Shown: positions 35,611 through 49,070, counted from the first letter of the stretch. The stretch is 64,000 nucleotides of DNA from Cetorhinus maximus (GCF_964194155.1 NC_135892.1:10106001-10170000); one strand, 5' to 3'. Notes: generated by a model not told the origin, from the letters alone. Numbers and translations: made by a program.

Positions 35611-37709
35611 CACTTAAATCTCATTTTACAAAGGATACACCATGCAATGGTCAAACATCAAATCTCTGTTGCCCTGTTTCCTCAGCTACAAAAGTAGATT
35701 TTTGTTGTTTAGCTTCATTACCAAGCAACCCGTCCTCCTTCCCATCCCCTGACAGCAAATTGTTTTGACCCAGCTGATCGAAGGGTTGACAAAACTTTAC
35801 ATCCCCCACCACCTCCCCTGTGTAGCTTTGGGGCTGACCACCTGGTTAAGGGGACTATCCATCCATGCACCGCATAATTAAAAGGTTTTATTTCTTAAGT
35901 TAGGCATGGATATAAAACTGAATTATTAGATTGCTGTGTTGTGTACTAACCTTATTGCCTTGATAGAACCCCAAATAGTCTCATCGGGATCACAGCATTG
36001 CAGTAATAAGGAAATAATATCTTTTCAGAAGATGATCTCTGTCTAAAACATGTAATTTTTAATATTTGTAGCATTTGACCAGAACATTTCCATAGGAATT
36101 CATTTTGAGCTGCATTATCCTGCCATCAATCCATCAATTTGGAGAGTGCTTTAAAGTTTACGTTCGACCTCCAAGATATTTTGGAGTTGTATTTTGTTAC
36201 TTCCCTTGTCTGGTTTCAAACAAATTTCCATTCTGTTTCGTATCATTTTAGGCTAATGAGCCACTGTGTGGTGTATTGCACGATTCCACATGTGACGGAT
36301 ATGGTGCCATTCATATTAACATGATAAGATGTCCGCAGGAGACAAACCACGTTCATAAACAAATCCTCTTATCTGACTGTGGTACTGGATCGTAAGGCAG
36401 AAAATCAACTTGGCCGTTTTCCCCAGAGCCTGTCAGCACAGCGCTTCTTGAATACAAAATAATGCTACTGGGTAGTAGAGTACAGCCATCTCTTTGGTCA
36501 AGTTTGAGAGATTATCACACTTAAAAGCCTGACCTATTGCACACTAACTCTATATCGTGGGTATTGATCAGCTATTAGCTCTGGTCCTATAAATTCAAAA
36601 GAGAAGTCTTTGGCGCTGAACGTTCTCCTGGATTTGGCATATTGCATTGCAATGCCCAGGAATCAGTCCGCCAAATAAATGGCTGTTTGTAGTTGTGTCG
36701 TGCATTTCAGTAAACAAACAGCAAAAAGCAATATATTAACTCCCAAAAGGAAATCCCTAGGTTTGTTTGTTAATGGGTTTATTCACAATTATTCAACTCT
36801 ACGAACCGTATCATTCGTTTTTCTTTTGTATATTGTTGCAAATCCGACTGTTGAAGGAACCCTGTCCTCCAATGCTGCTTTTGATAAAGAGCAAAGCCTC
36901 AGGATTAACAAAAAAGCTTGTTAGATGGAAACCACCAAAGCATGAAGAAGCAAGCTAATGTTGCTTTGCATCATGCTCACTCAATTGATGTAAAGCTTGA
37001 CTGGGGAAGCAGTGAGATTATGAGCTATATTCCCCAGAGCAGAATATCAACACATCCAAGGACCAAGTTGTGCATTTCCTTGCTCTCTTTCACCTTCTTC
37101 GCAAACCTCCTGCCTCTGCCACCCAAATCCGTACTTCTGCTCTTGAGTATCTTTGATTTTTGGAGAGATTTTTTTCCCCCCTGTCATTGCAAACAAACAA
37201 AAGCTGATGCCTCAGAATTCTCTGCTCTTCTTACAAAGCCAGTAGAGTAAAAATGGCTCCAGTGCAAGTCAATCAGCGCTGAATAGACGATATTATGCCA
37301 GATGGCCCACATTTATTTTTCTGGATTAAGTCAACAGCTAATTTCAACAAGCCAATAAAAAAATAAAGAACCAGGGAGTGGGGTTGATTGTGGAGAGGGA
37401 AGCTTTAGGTGGGCAGCAGTCAGGGCTGATGCAAAATGCAATTAGAAAGGGACATTTTAACTCCCAGGCCTCACCTAAACCCTGCCCACCCATTTACCGC
37501 TAGGAACAGGCATGGATCCAGTGCAGAATTTCTGCTGCCTGGTGATCATTGGTGTTCAGGTGAGCAGGAAGCCTCAGGAGAGAACTGAGGGAGTCCAGGT
37601 GGTTGCCAACCTCTGTTTTTTTTAATCTATTCTTTCATGGGATCTGGGCGTCACTGGCAAGGCCAACATTTGTTGCCCATTCCTAATTGTCCTTGAACTC
37701 AATGGCTTA

Positions 37710-38598
37710 TGTAAGGAACATATCTTTTTATTTCCATTGGACCATTGTAAGGAACATAAGTTTTTATTTTCTGTTGGACTGTGGATTCGAATTACAATGG
37801 CTGCAATTTAAAGGACATGCCCACTGGAACAGGATGAAGAATATATACAATGTTGCAGTCCTGGAACAGAGTGTGCCATGAAAGACAGGATGGTGCCGGA
37901 AAGGAGTCCTAGACCAAGAGAGCTGCCTGACAACAGCTTCTGCCCAGATGACCAGGTTTTTGTGTGGTAGTAATGCAGCAGAAAGCTCTTGCAAAAAGAA
38001 AATATCTAAAATCTCTTTTCCTCATATCTACATAACCTGCTCGGTCTCTCTGAGGAAACCCCTGTAAAAAGGAAAAAGGGAAAATCACTGTTAGAGACAT
38101 TGAAAAGCAGTTCTCAACCAGTGAACTAAATACTGAAAGTGCTGGAAGACCACCTCATGTCATCAACAAGAACTGAAAGGAATTTGGGAAGACATTGATC
38201 AAAATCAACCCATCGAATCCTGTACTCCTGGATTGATGCTATTGAACTGTTTTATCCCACCCTTAAAATCCATGTTTTGTGTGTCTTTTGTGTCATGGTG
38301 TATGCCTGTGTGTGTGCATGTGTAGGGATTTAAGAAGGGGGTAGAGTTTAAGTTATAGTGTTAGAAGTTAGCAGCTCACATTTCTTTCTTTTGTCACTGG
38401 TTAATGACAGTTTGTTCAATAAACAGTTATTTACTTATTAAGTTTACAAACCTGGCACTCGTATTTGGATAAACTAAATTAAACAGTTAGGTAGAATTGG
38501 GGCAATCTGGTGGTTTGATCAAACTTTTCACATTTGTCGCGGCTTGGGAAACAGTGGGGCTTGATATTAAGGCGCACTATCCCCAGTGAGTTGTGACA
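37710..38598 (+). mobile_element. 5' LTR of a Gypsy (Gmr1-like) retrotransposon
   Basis: TGTAAGG...TGTGACA termini; AATAAA at about 38418; followed by a PBS and gag; interrupts a SINE-B tail at 37615-37709. Confidence 0.8.
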
Positions 38599-38603
38599 AT
38601 GTT

Positions 38604-38623
38604 TGAGGGCTCAGGTCCGGGAT
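38604..38623 (+). promoter_or_regulatory. Primer-binding site, tRNA-Pro-like (degenerate)
   Basis: TGAGGGCTCAGGTCCGGGAT versus the canonical Pro PBS TGGGGGCTCGTCCGGGAT, just after the LTR. Confidence 0.7.
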
Positions 38624-38717
38624 ATTTTGGAACAAAAGACAACAAAGATTTGGGTGTGGATTTAGTAAGTAATAAAAGCTAAAAGGAAACACCAAGTTTG
38701 CACTGTCAAAAATAAGA

Positions 38718-40380
38718 TGGCACTGGAAACTGCTAAAGCTTTCCTGCAAGTGGAAGAGATGTCCCTGACGATTTTACAGGTTAATCGAATTGACAAGTAA
38801 ATTAAGAGTAGGATTGCCTGCCAAAGCTAGGAAGGCAGAAATAATCGAAGAGATGGCATAACATTTGAAATTGGAAGGAATACCTGAGAGACCAAGTTCT
38901 CCAAGGGGTGGTTCATTGGAATGGGCTCAAATTCTGTTGCAAATAACAAATTAGAACTAGAGGCAGAAGAAAAAGAGAAGGAAAGAGAAAGGGCATTCCA
39001 AAGGGAACAGGCAGAAATGCAGGAACGAGAAAGAAAGCAAGAAAGGGAATTAGAAAAAGAAAAGGAAAGAGAAATAGAAATGCGAAAACTTGATCTCCAG
39101 AGGGAATTTAGAAACGGCAAGGTTAGAAATGGAGAAACATAAACTTGAACAGGAAAGAACAGAAAGAGAAAGACAGAAAATTCCAACTTAAAATGCTGGC
39201 AGTTAAAGAAAAGGTACCAGTAAGTGAGGCAGGACTTATTTCCAGATCAGAACCCAATGGGGAGATGTTTAAATTTGTACAAGCCCTTCCAAAATTTGAG
39301 GAAAGGGAGGTTGACGCATTCTTTTATTTCATTTGAGAAGATAGCAAAACAAATGAACTGGCAAATGGAAAACTGGATATTGTCCATGCAGAGCAAATTG
39401 ACAGGTAGAGCACAGGAAATTTATGCTTCACTGCCAGAGGAGGTTTCTAGGGATTGTGATGTGGTGAAAAAGGCCATTTTGAGTGAATATGAGTTGGCCC
39501 CTGAAGCATACAGACAAAATTTTTGAAATTTAAGGAAACAACTTGGGCAAGCTTACATTGAATTTGAGAGGATTAAGCAAAGTAGTTTTAACAGGTGAAT
39601 ACGAGCATTAGGAGTTGAAACTACCTATGAAGTTCTCAGAGAGACCATTCTCTTGGAAGAATTTAAAAACTTCCCACCTTCTTGTTGAAGACCAAAGGGT
39701 TGCAAATGCTAGACAGGCAGCAGTAATGGCTGACGATTATGAGCTGATCCATAAAACTAAACCTTTTTTCATCACCCCCGTAAATTTGAAAAGGATAGAA
39801 GGTGGGAGAGTGAAAAGAAGGCAAGTAGCCAGGGTAAAGAATGGATAGTTAGGAATACCTTGAGATCTCCTCCCCAGATCAGGAAGGAAGGCACTGAGGG
39901 CGGAGGTGAAACCCGAAGGCCTAAGCGTTTCCATTGTAATAAAGTGGAACACATTGGTTCAGAATGCTGAAAGTTGCGGGGGAAGCCCATGGAACTTATT
40001 GGAGTTCATAAGAGTGAGTCCGAAAAGGGAACTCACAAAGAAAATGTCACGGATCGAATTGTAGCTTTAACTACAATAAGAGTCTGGAGGTAAACACTAT
40101 TGTGAATGCAGGTGAAGTGAATAAGGTAGATGAGAAGGTAGATAAAGTGTTTTTGTCTAAAGGAAAGTTAACCCCTTTTTTATCAAATGATGCAGATAAA
40201 CCCATAGCTATATTAAGGGACACAGGAGCTACTCAAGCTCTTTTGCTGGAGAAGGACCTAGTTTTCCCTCCAGAGAGTTCAATGAAAGCTAAAGTATTGG
40301 AAACGGGATAAGTAGAGAGTGTATCCCGGTTCCATTGTGCAAAGTGCAATTGGAGTGTGATTCGTTGTCTGGGCCTTTGG
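38718..40380 (+). pseudogene. Decayed gag (coiled coil, capsid/SCAN-like, Zn knuckle) and aspartic protease of a Gmr1-like Gypsy element; pol missing
   Basis: E/K/R-rich coil; LPKFEEREVDAF..FEKIA...W...LTGRAQEIY...VKKAILSEYEL.PEAYRQ.F; (R)FHCNKVEHIGSEC; ILRDTGATQ; multiple frameshifts. Confidence 0.85.
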
Positions 40381-41659
40381 AATACTAGGGCTTGCTTACA
40401 GCAGTGTCCAGGAGGTTAGTCTATAATTCCTGAAGACTTCAGAACATTCCTGGAGGGTTGGCAAATGGCAGCCCCTCGGTCTAGGGGGAATGGCGACTTT
40501 TCCCTATGGGGCTGGAGAAATAAACCTGCTCCTCCTGGCTCCTTAGAGGAAAATTTTAGACTTGCCTGAAGGACCTTCAGTCGCAGATCAGCTCATCGGA
40601 CCCTGGATAAAACTTCATCGGTATATAATAGGTCGCCATTTTCATAAGTCAATAAGGGACCTCACCAGGCAGGTTAAGATTGGAAATGTGAGCTGGTAAG
40701 TAACCTGTTCGCTTTGCAGGGCCCACCGGCCAGGGAGTATAAATCCAAATATTAACAGCGAAAGCGGTTGTCACAGCTCAAGTAATAACAGCAAGGCATT
40801 GTTTGAACTTTTAAAATCATGTAAGTATGATGTACAGACAGGAGTTGACTTTCGAACAGCAGCGGTACAGAGGAGTCACGTACTATTTAAAAGGCAAAAG
40901 CATCATAACAGGTGATGTTAGCTTTGCACTGCCAGCAACTATGAAAGGTTACCATTGCTAGGAACATTGATGTGAATAGCACATTATTTGTGAAGTGACT
41001 TTACTTAATGTAATCATAATTGCTGACATTCAAACATTTGTGCAGCACATCATCGAAAAGCTGAAGGGAATTTGAAAACAACCGAATGACAAAGAGGCAG
41101 AGTTATTTAGTTGTTCTGGAGTTGCACTGAAATTATAACAAAGCTGTCACATTTCAACAGATGAATAATGAATTTTTAAAAATCCTGATGATTTGTCAAT
41201 CAAGTATTAAAAGTAACAGTTCACAGAGGAGTGCAGCCATGGCTTGGTGTTAGCACTTGGCTGCATTGAGACCCGCCCTCCCTCCTCGCCTTCTCTGCAT
41301 TTAGTGTTAGCACCCTTCTATCCAAAGTCTTACATGGAGCTTTAGTTTGCTATTCTTTTGCCCTTTGCTAATCTCGCTATAGTTTTCAATTTACATTTCG
41401 AAAGCTGACAATCCCACACGTAGAAGAGTAGATGGCAAGATGACAGGAAATTCTTCCGCAAATTTATTCGTCTAAATAAAGCCAGGTATAAGGTACAGGA
41501 CTGTGGTGTAACAATATCAAAGTCACCCCAAAGTCTTGAACACACAAACCAATTAATCTGAATTTATACAAATTGTAAATTCATATCAATTAAATGCCAG
41601 TTTTAAAGTTCCAGTGGTTTAACTAGGCACAAGGGTGCACGGAGCAGAAGTTTCTTAAA

Positions 41660-41850
41660 GATCACAAAGGCTGGAAATCTGAAATTTAAACATAAGCTGC
41701 TGGAAATACTCAGCAGGTCAGGCAGCACCTGTGGAGAGAGAAATGGAATCAATGTTTCAGATGGATGACCTTCTATCAGAAACGTTAACTCTGTTTTTCT
41801 CTTCACAGCACAGAAGCTGTCTGACCTGCTGAATGTTTCTAGCATTTGCT
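41660..41850. mobile_element. Mini Penelope-derived palindromic element
   Basis: Two inverted terminal-repeat arms meeting at a hammerhead-like centre (GTTTCAGA...CTATCAGAAACGTTAACT). Confidence 0.75.
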
Positions 41851-41913
41851 ATTACGACTTATTGAAAGATGGCATAATTTCACCTTTTATATGTAAAGGC
41901 AAATGCTCATATA

Positions 41914-42594
41914 GGCCAGGATTTTCCCCTTGGCGATTTGGGGGCAGGGCCTGCTCACCGGGGGGGGGGGAAATGGCGTGGGATGACGTCAGGAGGAACC
42001 CCTGACGTCATCCCGGTCCCTTTAAATTTTCAGGAAGGCGGGCGGACAGTGAAATCAGCTGTCAGCCCACCGACCTGTCAATGGCCAATTAAGGCCATTG
42101 ACAGGCTAATTAACCTTGTTAAAGACCCTGCCCGTCCAAGCTTAAGGCTGGTGGGCAGGCCAGGAGCCCCAGCGGGCTCCAGATTTTTCATGAAACCTCA
42201 TCCACTGGCAGGATGAAGTTTCATGTCTGTTTTTAAAAAATTTAATAAACTTTGTGTTTCTTATTAACATGTCCCATCTCGTGTGACATTGTCACATGAG
42301 GGGGACATGTTAATAATTTTAATATTTCTCTATTTTTTTACTTACCTGTCAGTAAACTCCCTGAGACAGCACTTTGCCTCAGGGAGCAGAGTGCACTTTG
42401 ACAGTTGGGGATTCCCTCCCCCCCGGCACAGGAAGTGCATAGCGCTTCCTGTCGGGCAGGCCGCTGGGTGGGCCTTAATTGGCCCGCCCACTCAAAATGG
42501 CGGCGGGCCCCGTTTCGGAGGCGGGGGTCAGCTGCCTGCCTGCCGCCGCCAAGCCGGTGGGACCCGCTCGCCCACCAAGGGTAAAATTCTGCCC
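41914..42594. mobile_element. MITE family A copy 4
   Basis: TIRs GGCCAGGATTTT...AAAATTCTGCCC; TSD ATA/ATC. Confidence 0.85.
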
Positions 42595-42926
42595 ATCGTC
42601 TCGGGCATTATAAAAATCTTGCCAATTGCTCCCAGGAAAGAAACCTTCTTGAAAATTTGCTTCCTCATGTACTTGAACAAAGGTTACGATTTTATCATCT
42701 GTCATCTTCATGCTGTGGACACCCCAGGCTTGATTTTCAATTCGGGATTGGGAACCCAACACCAGAATAATTTCCAGGCCGTATTCTATGATGTAACTGT
42801 ATCACACACGCGACACAAGTTTATATTCATTCTTGGGATGTGGTTGTTGCTGGCCAGACCAACATTTATTGCCCATCTCTGATTGCCCTTGAGAAGGTGG
42901 TGCTGAGCTGCCTTCTTGAACCACAG

Positions 42927-43365
42927 CAATGAGGAGAGGTCGGAGAAACTCGGATTGTTCTCACTAGAGCGACGGAGATTGAGGGGCGACTTGATAGAAG
43001 TTTACACAATTATGAGTGGCATGGACAGAGTAGATAGTCAGAAGCTTTTTCCCAGGGTGGAAGAGTCAATTACTAGGGGACATAGTTTTAAGGTGAGAGG
43101 AGAAAACTATAGAGGAGATGTGCGGGGCAAGTTTTTTACGCAGAGGGTAGTGAGTGTCTGGAATTCGCTGCCAGAGGAGGTGGTGGAAGCAGGTACGATA
43201 GTGGTGTTTAAGAGGCAGCTTGACAAATACATGAATAGGATGGGAATAGAGGGATACGGACCCCGGAAGTGCAAAATGTTTTAGTTGACGGGCAATATGA
43301 TCGGCGCAGGCTTGGAGGGCCGAAGGGCCTGTTCCTGTGCTGTACTTTTCTTTGTTCTTTGTTCA
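42927..43365 (+). mobile_element. Young CR1 3' fragment inserted in a LINE-B tail (42825-42925 and 43366-43435, minus)
   Basis: Open frame EKLGLFSLERRRLRGDLIEVY...FFTQRVVSVWNSLP; TGTTCTTTGTTC tail. Confidence 0.9.
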
Positions 43366-44209
43366 ATCCATGCATTGCAGGAACACCCACGTGCTGTTAG
43401 GGAGAGAGTTTTATAATTTTGACCCAGTGACAGTGAATCTTCAAAAGTAAATTCTCTAATTGGACTTGAGACGAGCTCAGCACCCAATTAGTGGCACAGA
43501 CGGTGGGAGCTGTCTGCAGAGTATGGGTGGCAAAGGCAGAAGGCAGCCATGATGGGGCCTGCCACTGTCCTGAAGATGAGAGGAGGAAGAACCTTGGTGG
43601 GCCAGCAGCCTCACTAAGTACAGAAATAGGCAAACAGCCAACTGAAAGATACTGCCCCTTATCTGGATGAAAATCCCATAGTCCCCAAAACTTTTCAGAT
43701 TAGAAAAGTAATCCTTAATTTCTGCCTGATTTGAGCACGACAGCTGTGCACTAATGTGCACCACACATGTGTTCAGGTTCTATGATTTACAAATTGAAAA
43801 TTGCCTTCCTGACCTCACCAGCCCATTAACAAGCTCCTCGAGGAGCTTAACAGGCCGTTAATGGAAAGCAAGAGATTTCCTGACCCCACTCCACCCTCAC
43901 TTTGAAAATTTGAGTGTCCCGGAGGCATCGGGGTACCATCCAGGAGCTCTGTTTTTAAAACGCGCCTGCTCTTACTCCGTTTCCTATGCGTAATTGAAAG
44001 TCCCAGCCCATGGTACCGATCTTCTATCCAGTCATTTCAAAGGAGAGGAAACCAAGCAATCTCCAGGTGTCTCAATACCTCCCCACCCATGTTTCCCACT
44101 TAATACAATTCACCTAGACACTTTATGCCCATGTGCAACTGAACAAAATCCACCCCCGTATTTACATTTACATTTTCCTGCTGAAATTCTTACTCCATTC
44201 CCATTACAA

Positions 44210-44840
44210 TCAACCACAACAACTTGTACTTATATGGCGTCTTTAAACTAACTAAATGTACCAAAGCATTTCACAGGAGCTTTGTAGAGCAAAATATGAC
44301 ATCGAGCCACATAAGGAGATATTAGGTCAGATGATCAAAACATGGTCAGAGAGGTAGGTTTTAAGGAGTCTCTTTAAGGAGGAGAGGGAGAGAAGAAAGA
44401 GAGCTGGAGAGGTTTGGGGAGGGAGGTCCAGAGCTTAGGGAAGATGAAGACATGGGCATCAGCGGAGCAATTCAAATTGAGGTCAAAATTTGAGGAGTGC
44501 AGATACCTCAGTGGGTTGTAGTACTGGAGGAGGTTACAGAGACAGGGAGGGGTGAGGCCGTGGAGGGATTTGAAAACCAGGATGAGAATTTTAAAATCAA
44601 GGCATTGCTTAACTGGGAGCCAATGTAGGTCAGTGAGGACAGGGGTGAACAGAGCTTGGTGCGAATTACAACACACAGAGTTTTGGATGTCCTCATGTTT
44701 TCAGAGGGCAGGGTGGAGGAGGCCTGCCAGGAGTGTGTTGAACCGGGTTTCAGTTACAGATGAGCTGAGGCAAGGGTGGAGTCGGGTGATATTACGAAGG
44801 TGGAAATAGCCGGTCATAGTGATGGTGCAGATGTGTGGTA
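44210..44840 (-). mobile_element. L2 LINE 3' fragment
   Basis: YFHLRNITRLHP; TPVLTDLHWLPVKQ.LDFKILILVFKSLHGL; L2-type tail. Confidence 0.85.
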
Positions 44841-45679
44841 ATTTTTTTGAATATTTTATTATTGTTATGCCAGGAAAGATCAGAGGAAAAATATCTCGAT
44901 ACACAGAAGTGAGTGATTTAGATTGCATAAGGGAAAGCAATTAATAAGATAATGAAGCACAAAAAGTCTTTAATATTGATGGAACAAAGACTTAGCCAGC
45001 TGTTTGAGGGAGATTATTTCTTTTTCTCTCAGACTTGCTTCCTTTCAATGGGCTTACTTGTAATTAATAATCACGCAAATCTTCAAAAAAGAAAAACATG
45101 GGGAAGAGATGTCAGAATTTTAAAACGTCAAAAGCCATAAATAAATACTAATGACTTAATTTTAGGATATTAAAAAGTAAAAGAAATTGGATTTTTAAAT
45201 TTGATCGATTAATGTTTTCAAAGCAGCGTTTGAATCAAAGGAGAGAGGGTGAAATGAATGGGTAACTTGTCTCCCTTTTGAAGACAGCATAATTAGACCT
45301 CAAGCTGATTCCTTTGTTTTCTCTGTGAGTCTTTGGACAGTTGTACTTCTGCATTTTGAATGTATTTCACCTCATATTCGTTGAAGAAGATACTTCAAAC
45401 AGCCCCACTGACGTTGAATTTACAAAGTCAGTTTACAATGTAGTAAGTCAAAACAGTTCAAAAAAAATTCAGAAAGCAATAAAATTTATTCCATCTTCTG
45501 AATTATAGCTGGAGTAATGTGATGAAACTTTACCGAAAAGAGAATAATTAATGATATATCTATCATATACATAGTTAAGAGGAACTTAATTAACCTTGTA
45601 GGTCAGTGATATTGTCTGTGGAAGTACTTCTGGTTTTGGTCATGTGTTGGAGGTAAAGGTTTCTTTATTTTTGCATGAA

Positions 45680-45940
45680 GGGCAAGGGCAGCAGAGCATG
45701 AGAGCACCACCACCTGCAAGTTCCCCTCCAAGCCCCATACCATCCTGACTTGGAACCATATCCTTTCAATGTCATTGAGTCAAAATCTTCAAACTCCCTT
45801 CCGTACAGCAGTGTATACCTGCAACACATGGACTGCATCAGTTCAAGAAGGAGGCTCACCACCACCTTCTCAAGGACAATTAGAGATGGGCAATAAATTC
45901 TGGCCTAGCCAACGACACCCACATCTCATGAAAGAATACA
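45680..45940 (+). mobile_element. LINE-B 3' fragment
   Basis: TTCAAGAAGG..GCTCACCACCACCTTCTCAAGG tail. Confidence 0.75.
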
Positions 45941-46369
45941 TTTTTTGGGAAAACAATGGTAGAATTGAGCTCTGTCCTGTTGATTCTCAAACAGTACTGA
46001 TTTTCTGATCTGAGATCCAGCTGTGTGGTGAAAACAATGTGCATGGACCAGTTGTTACCTCAAGTGCAGCAAGGGGAAACCGTTGTTTATTGGCATTGGT
46101 AGGGGTCTTTGAGAAGGCCATCTGAATCCCTGGTTCTGGTGTCAACTAACATATCTATAAAAACCAAGCAGGAGGGAAAATTGAAGATGGAACATTGCCT
46201 GCACAAATGAAAAAAAAGGTTTTCCTTTGTTTTCCCTCATTTTTGAATCAGATGTCAGTAATGCCAAATGAAACATTTGCAAAAGGTCATAATTTCTCCG
46301 TGTAGATTTGTGTTTCCTATATGCACAAGTATGAATGGCTCAAGAGCAAGATATAACTAAAATTAAAAC

Positions 46370-46525
46370 AACAGAAGATACTGGAAATGTTCAGTACTGA
46401 TAGACGATCATCATCCCGAAACGTTAACTCTGCTTCTCTCCCAACAAGCGATTCCTGACCTCCTGAGGGTTTCCAACATTTTCTGTTTTTATTTCGGATT
46501 TCCAGCATCTGCAGTATTTTGTTTT
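46370..46525 (+). mobile_element. Mini Penelope-derived element
   Basis: CTGATAGA...CCCGAAACGTTAACT followed by the PLE terminal repeat. Confidence 0.75.
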
Positions 46526-46695
46526 TGATGGAAACGTATAACGAGCTTTTGCACCTTTGGAAGCTCATGAATGTATTTTGTTCAAGTTACATGGGGATCG
46601 TTTTGGGCTTTTAGAGTGTCATTTTACCTACAACAAATGCAGGACAGTCTTTGAAAGGGAATTGCATATCCTGTGATCTTACAGTCTGGGTGTTA

Positions 46696-46890
46696 CATAG
46701 AAACATAGGATATAGGAGGAGTAAGCCATTCGGCCCCTCAAGCCTGCTGCACCATTCAACTAGATAATGGCTGATCTTCTGCCTCAACTCTATTTTTCCA
46801 CATTATCCTCATATCCCTTGATATCTATAATATCTAGAAATCTATTGATCTCTGTCTGGAACATACTCAATGGGCCTCCACAGCACTCTG
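46696..46890 (-). mobile_element. CR1 3' tail fragment
   Basis: CATAGAAACATAG tail, CCATTCGGCCCCTC. Confidence 0.7.
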
Positions 46891-47298
46891 GCTGTTATGT
46901 TGTATAGTAGTAAGGTGGAAGACATGGCATTTGTGCAGAGTCCCCAGTACGTTTTCAGTCATTGCAGTAAATGGAAAATATCATGCTGGGAACCAACAGT
47001 AGGAATTAAATTGCGTTGAAACAACTCAGAAAAGCAAAGATATCAGGTACTTGCTACAGAGCACAATGAACATATTCAAACATAAGCCTCAACCAACATA
47101 TAGAAATCATGAAAGGTGACAATCAACTTCCTAAAATTTTGACACTGCCAAAAAAATTGACAACTCAAAAAAAATCACAGAACCGTTGAATTATTCAGTG
47201 CAGAAGGAGGCCATTTGGCCCATCATGCCTGTGCTGACTCTTAGAAAGAACTATCCAATTAGCCCCACGCCATGCAAATTTTCCTCCTTTGAATATGT

Positions 47299-47988
47299 AT
47301 CAAGCACTCATCCTCTAAACTCTGCCCTCATGCATGGAGCTGGTTGAAAGATATGAACTAAGATATAAACCACTAAGATATGAAATAGTGTTATTAAATC
47401 TGCTTCCAGCACTCCTTCGGGCAGTGCATCCTTCCATCTGCTGCTGTGTTCCCTGGATCCTGACTCATAAAATAGTATTTTGGAAAGCTGAAAGAAACCA
47501 TATCATGCTCAGTAACTAGTGGCTATAAAATAAAAGCTGACCGTTATTAGTGAGATATCAAAAGGCATCCTGCTGGGTGGGCTTTATTTCATCTATCTCT
47601 CATAAAACAGGCTTTTTTTTACTTAAAATGTTGTTCTGAAGGCGCCAATCATGCTTCCCTGTTCAAGATAGAGAGTGAGAAATCTGTTGGGGTCAAACGT
47701 AAGTTCTTCCAATCTCCCTGATTAACACTCATTAGAAATAATCACCTTCATTTCCTGGCCATGCAGTGTTCTCAGTGAGGCTGCATAGTTTTAAAATGTT
47801 ATGATACTGCTTCGAAAATTAATTCCTCATACAATCTAATGCATTATGTGTGAGGAACGATTAACCAAAATAAGATCAAATTACGCTTTTCTGAAGTTAA
47901 TGGTCTTATCTCAGTGGTTTATATCTTAGCTCATATCTTCCAACCAGCTCCGTGCATGAGGGCAGAGTTTAGAAGAGGAGTGCTTGAT
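47299..47988. mobile_element. Unclassified element with long terminal inverted repeats
   Basis: 47299-47383 is a near-perfect reverse complement of 47904-47988. Confidence 0.65.
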
Positions 47989-48019
47989 GTGTTTGTGTCA
48001 TAGATTTATACCCCATTTA

Positions 48020-48495
48020 GATTTCAGAAGTGATGCAGCACAGATTGACCAGAATATTATCCAGGGCTCCAAGGGTTAGAATAGAAGGAAAGATTACCTA
48101 AACTAGGCTTGTATTTCCCAGCATATGGAAGGTTAAGTGGTGATTTGATTGAGGTTTTTAGAATGCTGAAAACAATTACTAGGGTAGATAGAGAGAAACT
48201 TTTCCCACTGGCGGGGGAGTTTAGGAGAACAGGACATATAACCTTAAAAATCAGGGACAGGCCATTCACAAAAAGCATGGTAGAAGTGTGGAATTCTCTT
48301 ACGCAAAAATACCAGTATGTGCAAGCTAAATTAATAAATTTTAAATCTGAGATTGTTTGATTTTTGCTAGACAAGGGTTTAAGAAGGATGTGGAGCCAAG
48401 ACGGGTGGGTGGATTTAAGATTTAGATTAACCATGATCACATTGTATGCTGGAACAGGCTTGAAAAGCTGGAAGGTCTCCTCCTGTTCCTGTGTT
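48020..48495 (+). mobile_element. CR1 3' fragment
   Basis: RLSGDLIEVFRMLK...VDREKLFPL...VWNSL. Confidence 0.8.
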
Positions 48496-48809
48496 TCTGA
48501 ACTGCAATCATTACCGATCATTGTTGCATTTTGGGTAAGGAGAAAACCGTCAATCCAGCTAAGTGACCCATCCAAACTGCCCATTAGGTTCCTTCACCTG
48601 ATTTTGAGAAATAGTGGCCCTACATTCCATTTAGGAACATAGGAACAGGAGGAGGCAGTTCAGCGCCTCGAGTCTGTTATGATCATTGCTGATATACCTA
48701 CCTTGGCTCCATAACATTTGACAAAAATTTATTCATCTCAGTTTTGAAATTTTCAATTAACCCCCGGATATCGCAGCTTTTTGGGAGAAAACTCTCAGAC
48801 GAACATATA

Positions 48810-49070
48810 AAATCCCAAGGCACTATTTTCAAAGAAGAGGAGAGGAATTAACCCCGGTGTCTTGGCCAATATTTAGCCCTCAATCAACATCACTGAAAAA
48901 ACAATTATCTGGGTCATTATCACATTGCTGTTTGTGGGAGCTTGCTGTGCACAAATTGGCAGCTGTGTTTATGACACTGCAACAGTGACTGTACTTCAAA
49001 AGTACTTCATTGACTTCAAAGCACTTTGGGACATCCTGAGGTTGTGGAAGGTGCTATAGAAATGCGAGTT
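48810..49070 (+). mobile_element. SacSINE1-like 3' half
   Basis: ATCCCAAGGCACTATTT core through L2-like tail. Confidence 0.75.

Noticed and set aside
38921-39142. E/K/R-rich ORF resembling a host coiled-coil protein
   Set aside because: It is the N-terminal coil of the decayed Gypsy gag.
40400-40740. GGGTTGGCAA hAT-like end and neighbouring repeat-like sequence
   Set aside because: Only fragments; boundaries and family could not be supported.
42283-42882. Longest ORF in the track (199 aa)
   Set aside because: Runs across a MITE, flank and LINE tail; no domain; a chance frame.
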